Shown: in pieces, positions 62,196 to 64,000 of the stretch
Layout: every line of letters starts with the position of its first letter
How positions within the stretch are numbered: the stretch's first letter is position 1
Source: Candidatus Roizmanbacteria bacterium RIFCSPHIGHO2_02_FULL_40_13b
GTDB lineage: Bacteria; Patescibacteriota; Microgenomatia; UBA1406; HO2-37-13b
Length of the DNA: 64,000 nt
NCBI GenBank assembly: GCA_001789445.1
Contig: MFZQ01000013.1
Span: 4,596-68,595, forward strand
Direction: 5' to 3'
Notes under the pieces: model-generated
What the model was told of the DNA's origin: nothing
The model's database searches: none
What the model saw: only the letters and a program-made list of their open reading frames with translations
Translations under genes and position numbers: made by a program

Positions 62196-62358
62196 TGAGA
62201 GGAGATGAGGGAGAAGATAGGGTGATAGGGGGAGCGAGAGGTGGGGAGAATGGAAGACGGGAAATAAGCAGAAAGCTAATTAGCTCGCCCTCTCTGTTTA
62301 TTTCCTCTCCTCTTCTCCTCCGCCCCACCCTATCTCCCTAGCACCTCCTCCCCTTCTC
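62196..62358. repeat. family-C long imperfect palindrome filling the atpD-atpC spacer
   Basis: The purine-rich arm (..gatagggggagcgagaggtggggag..) and pyrimidine-rich arm are centred on ctaattag. The arm is related to the pilD repeat. Confidence 0.7.
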
Positions 62359-62359
62359 C

Positions 62360-64000
<1,641 letters not shown>

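Overview
The window is an AT-leaning bacterial segment. Gene content and style suggest a small-genome, CPR/Patescibacteria-like organism; this is inference, since I could run no search. All calls come from reading the ORF translations and the nucleotide sequence by eye.

Housekeeping genes: fmt, archaeal-type tyrS, rho, gdhA, secE-nusG-rplK-rplA, glyA, trpS, leuS, ndk, pilD and atpG-atpD-atpC.

Accessory content:
- Two paralogous RHS-core polymorphic-toxin genes with different C-terminal domains.
- A Tat locus with four tatA paralogs plus tatC.
- An 11-gene co-directional block (39877-50765). It holds three large signal-less fibre/tailspike-like proteins, a Bro-N-like protein, a methyltransferase, a Cys-rich miniprotein, a TPR protein, a CPBP/PrsW-like protease and a two-component system.
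- A 1073-aa membrane-anchored fibre protein with an integrase-SAM-like N-terminus.
- A trio of proteins on a shared 2-TM module, an orphan HEPN-like gene and a degenerate Fic gene.

Small palindromic repeats: several families are present. Some are nested inside one another and some sit in frame inside coding sequences (fmt, RHS-2, pilD).

Other notable points:
- leuS lacks the CP1 editing domain.
- hutH has Cys-Ser-Gly where the MIO triad is normally Ala-Ser-Gly.
- Many genes have a -10 box 6-8 nt from the start codon, suggesting leaderless mRNAs.
- pilD contains a perfect 53-bp inverted repeat.

I found no tRNA, rRNA, CRISPR array, transposase, integrase or reverse transcriptase.
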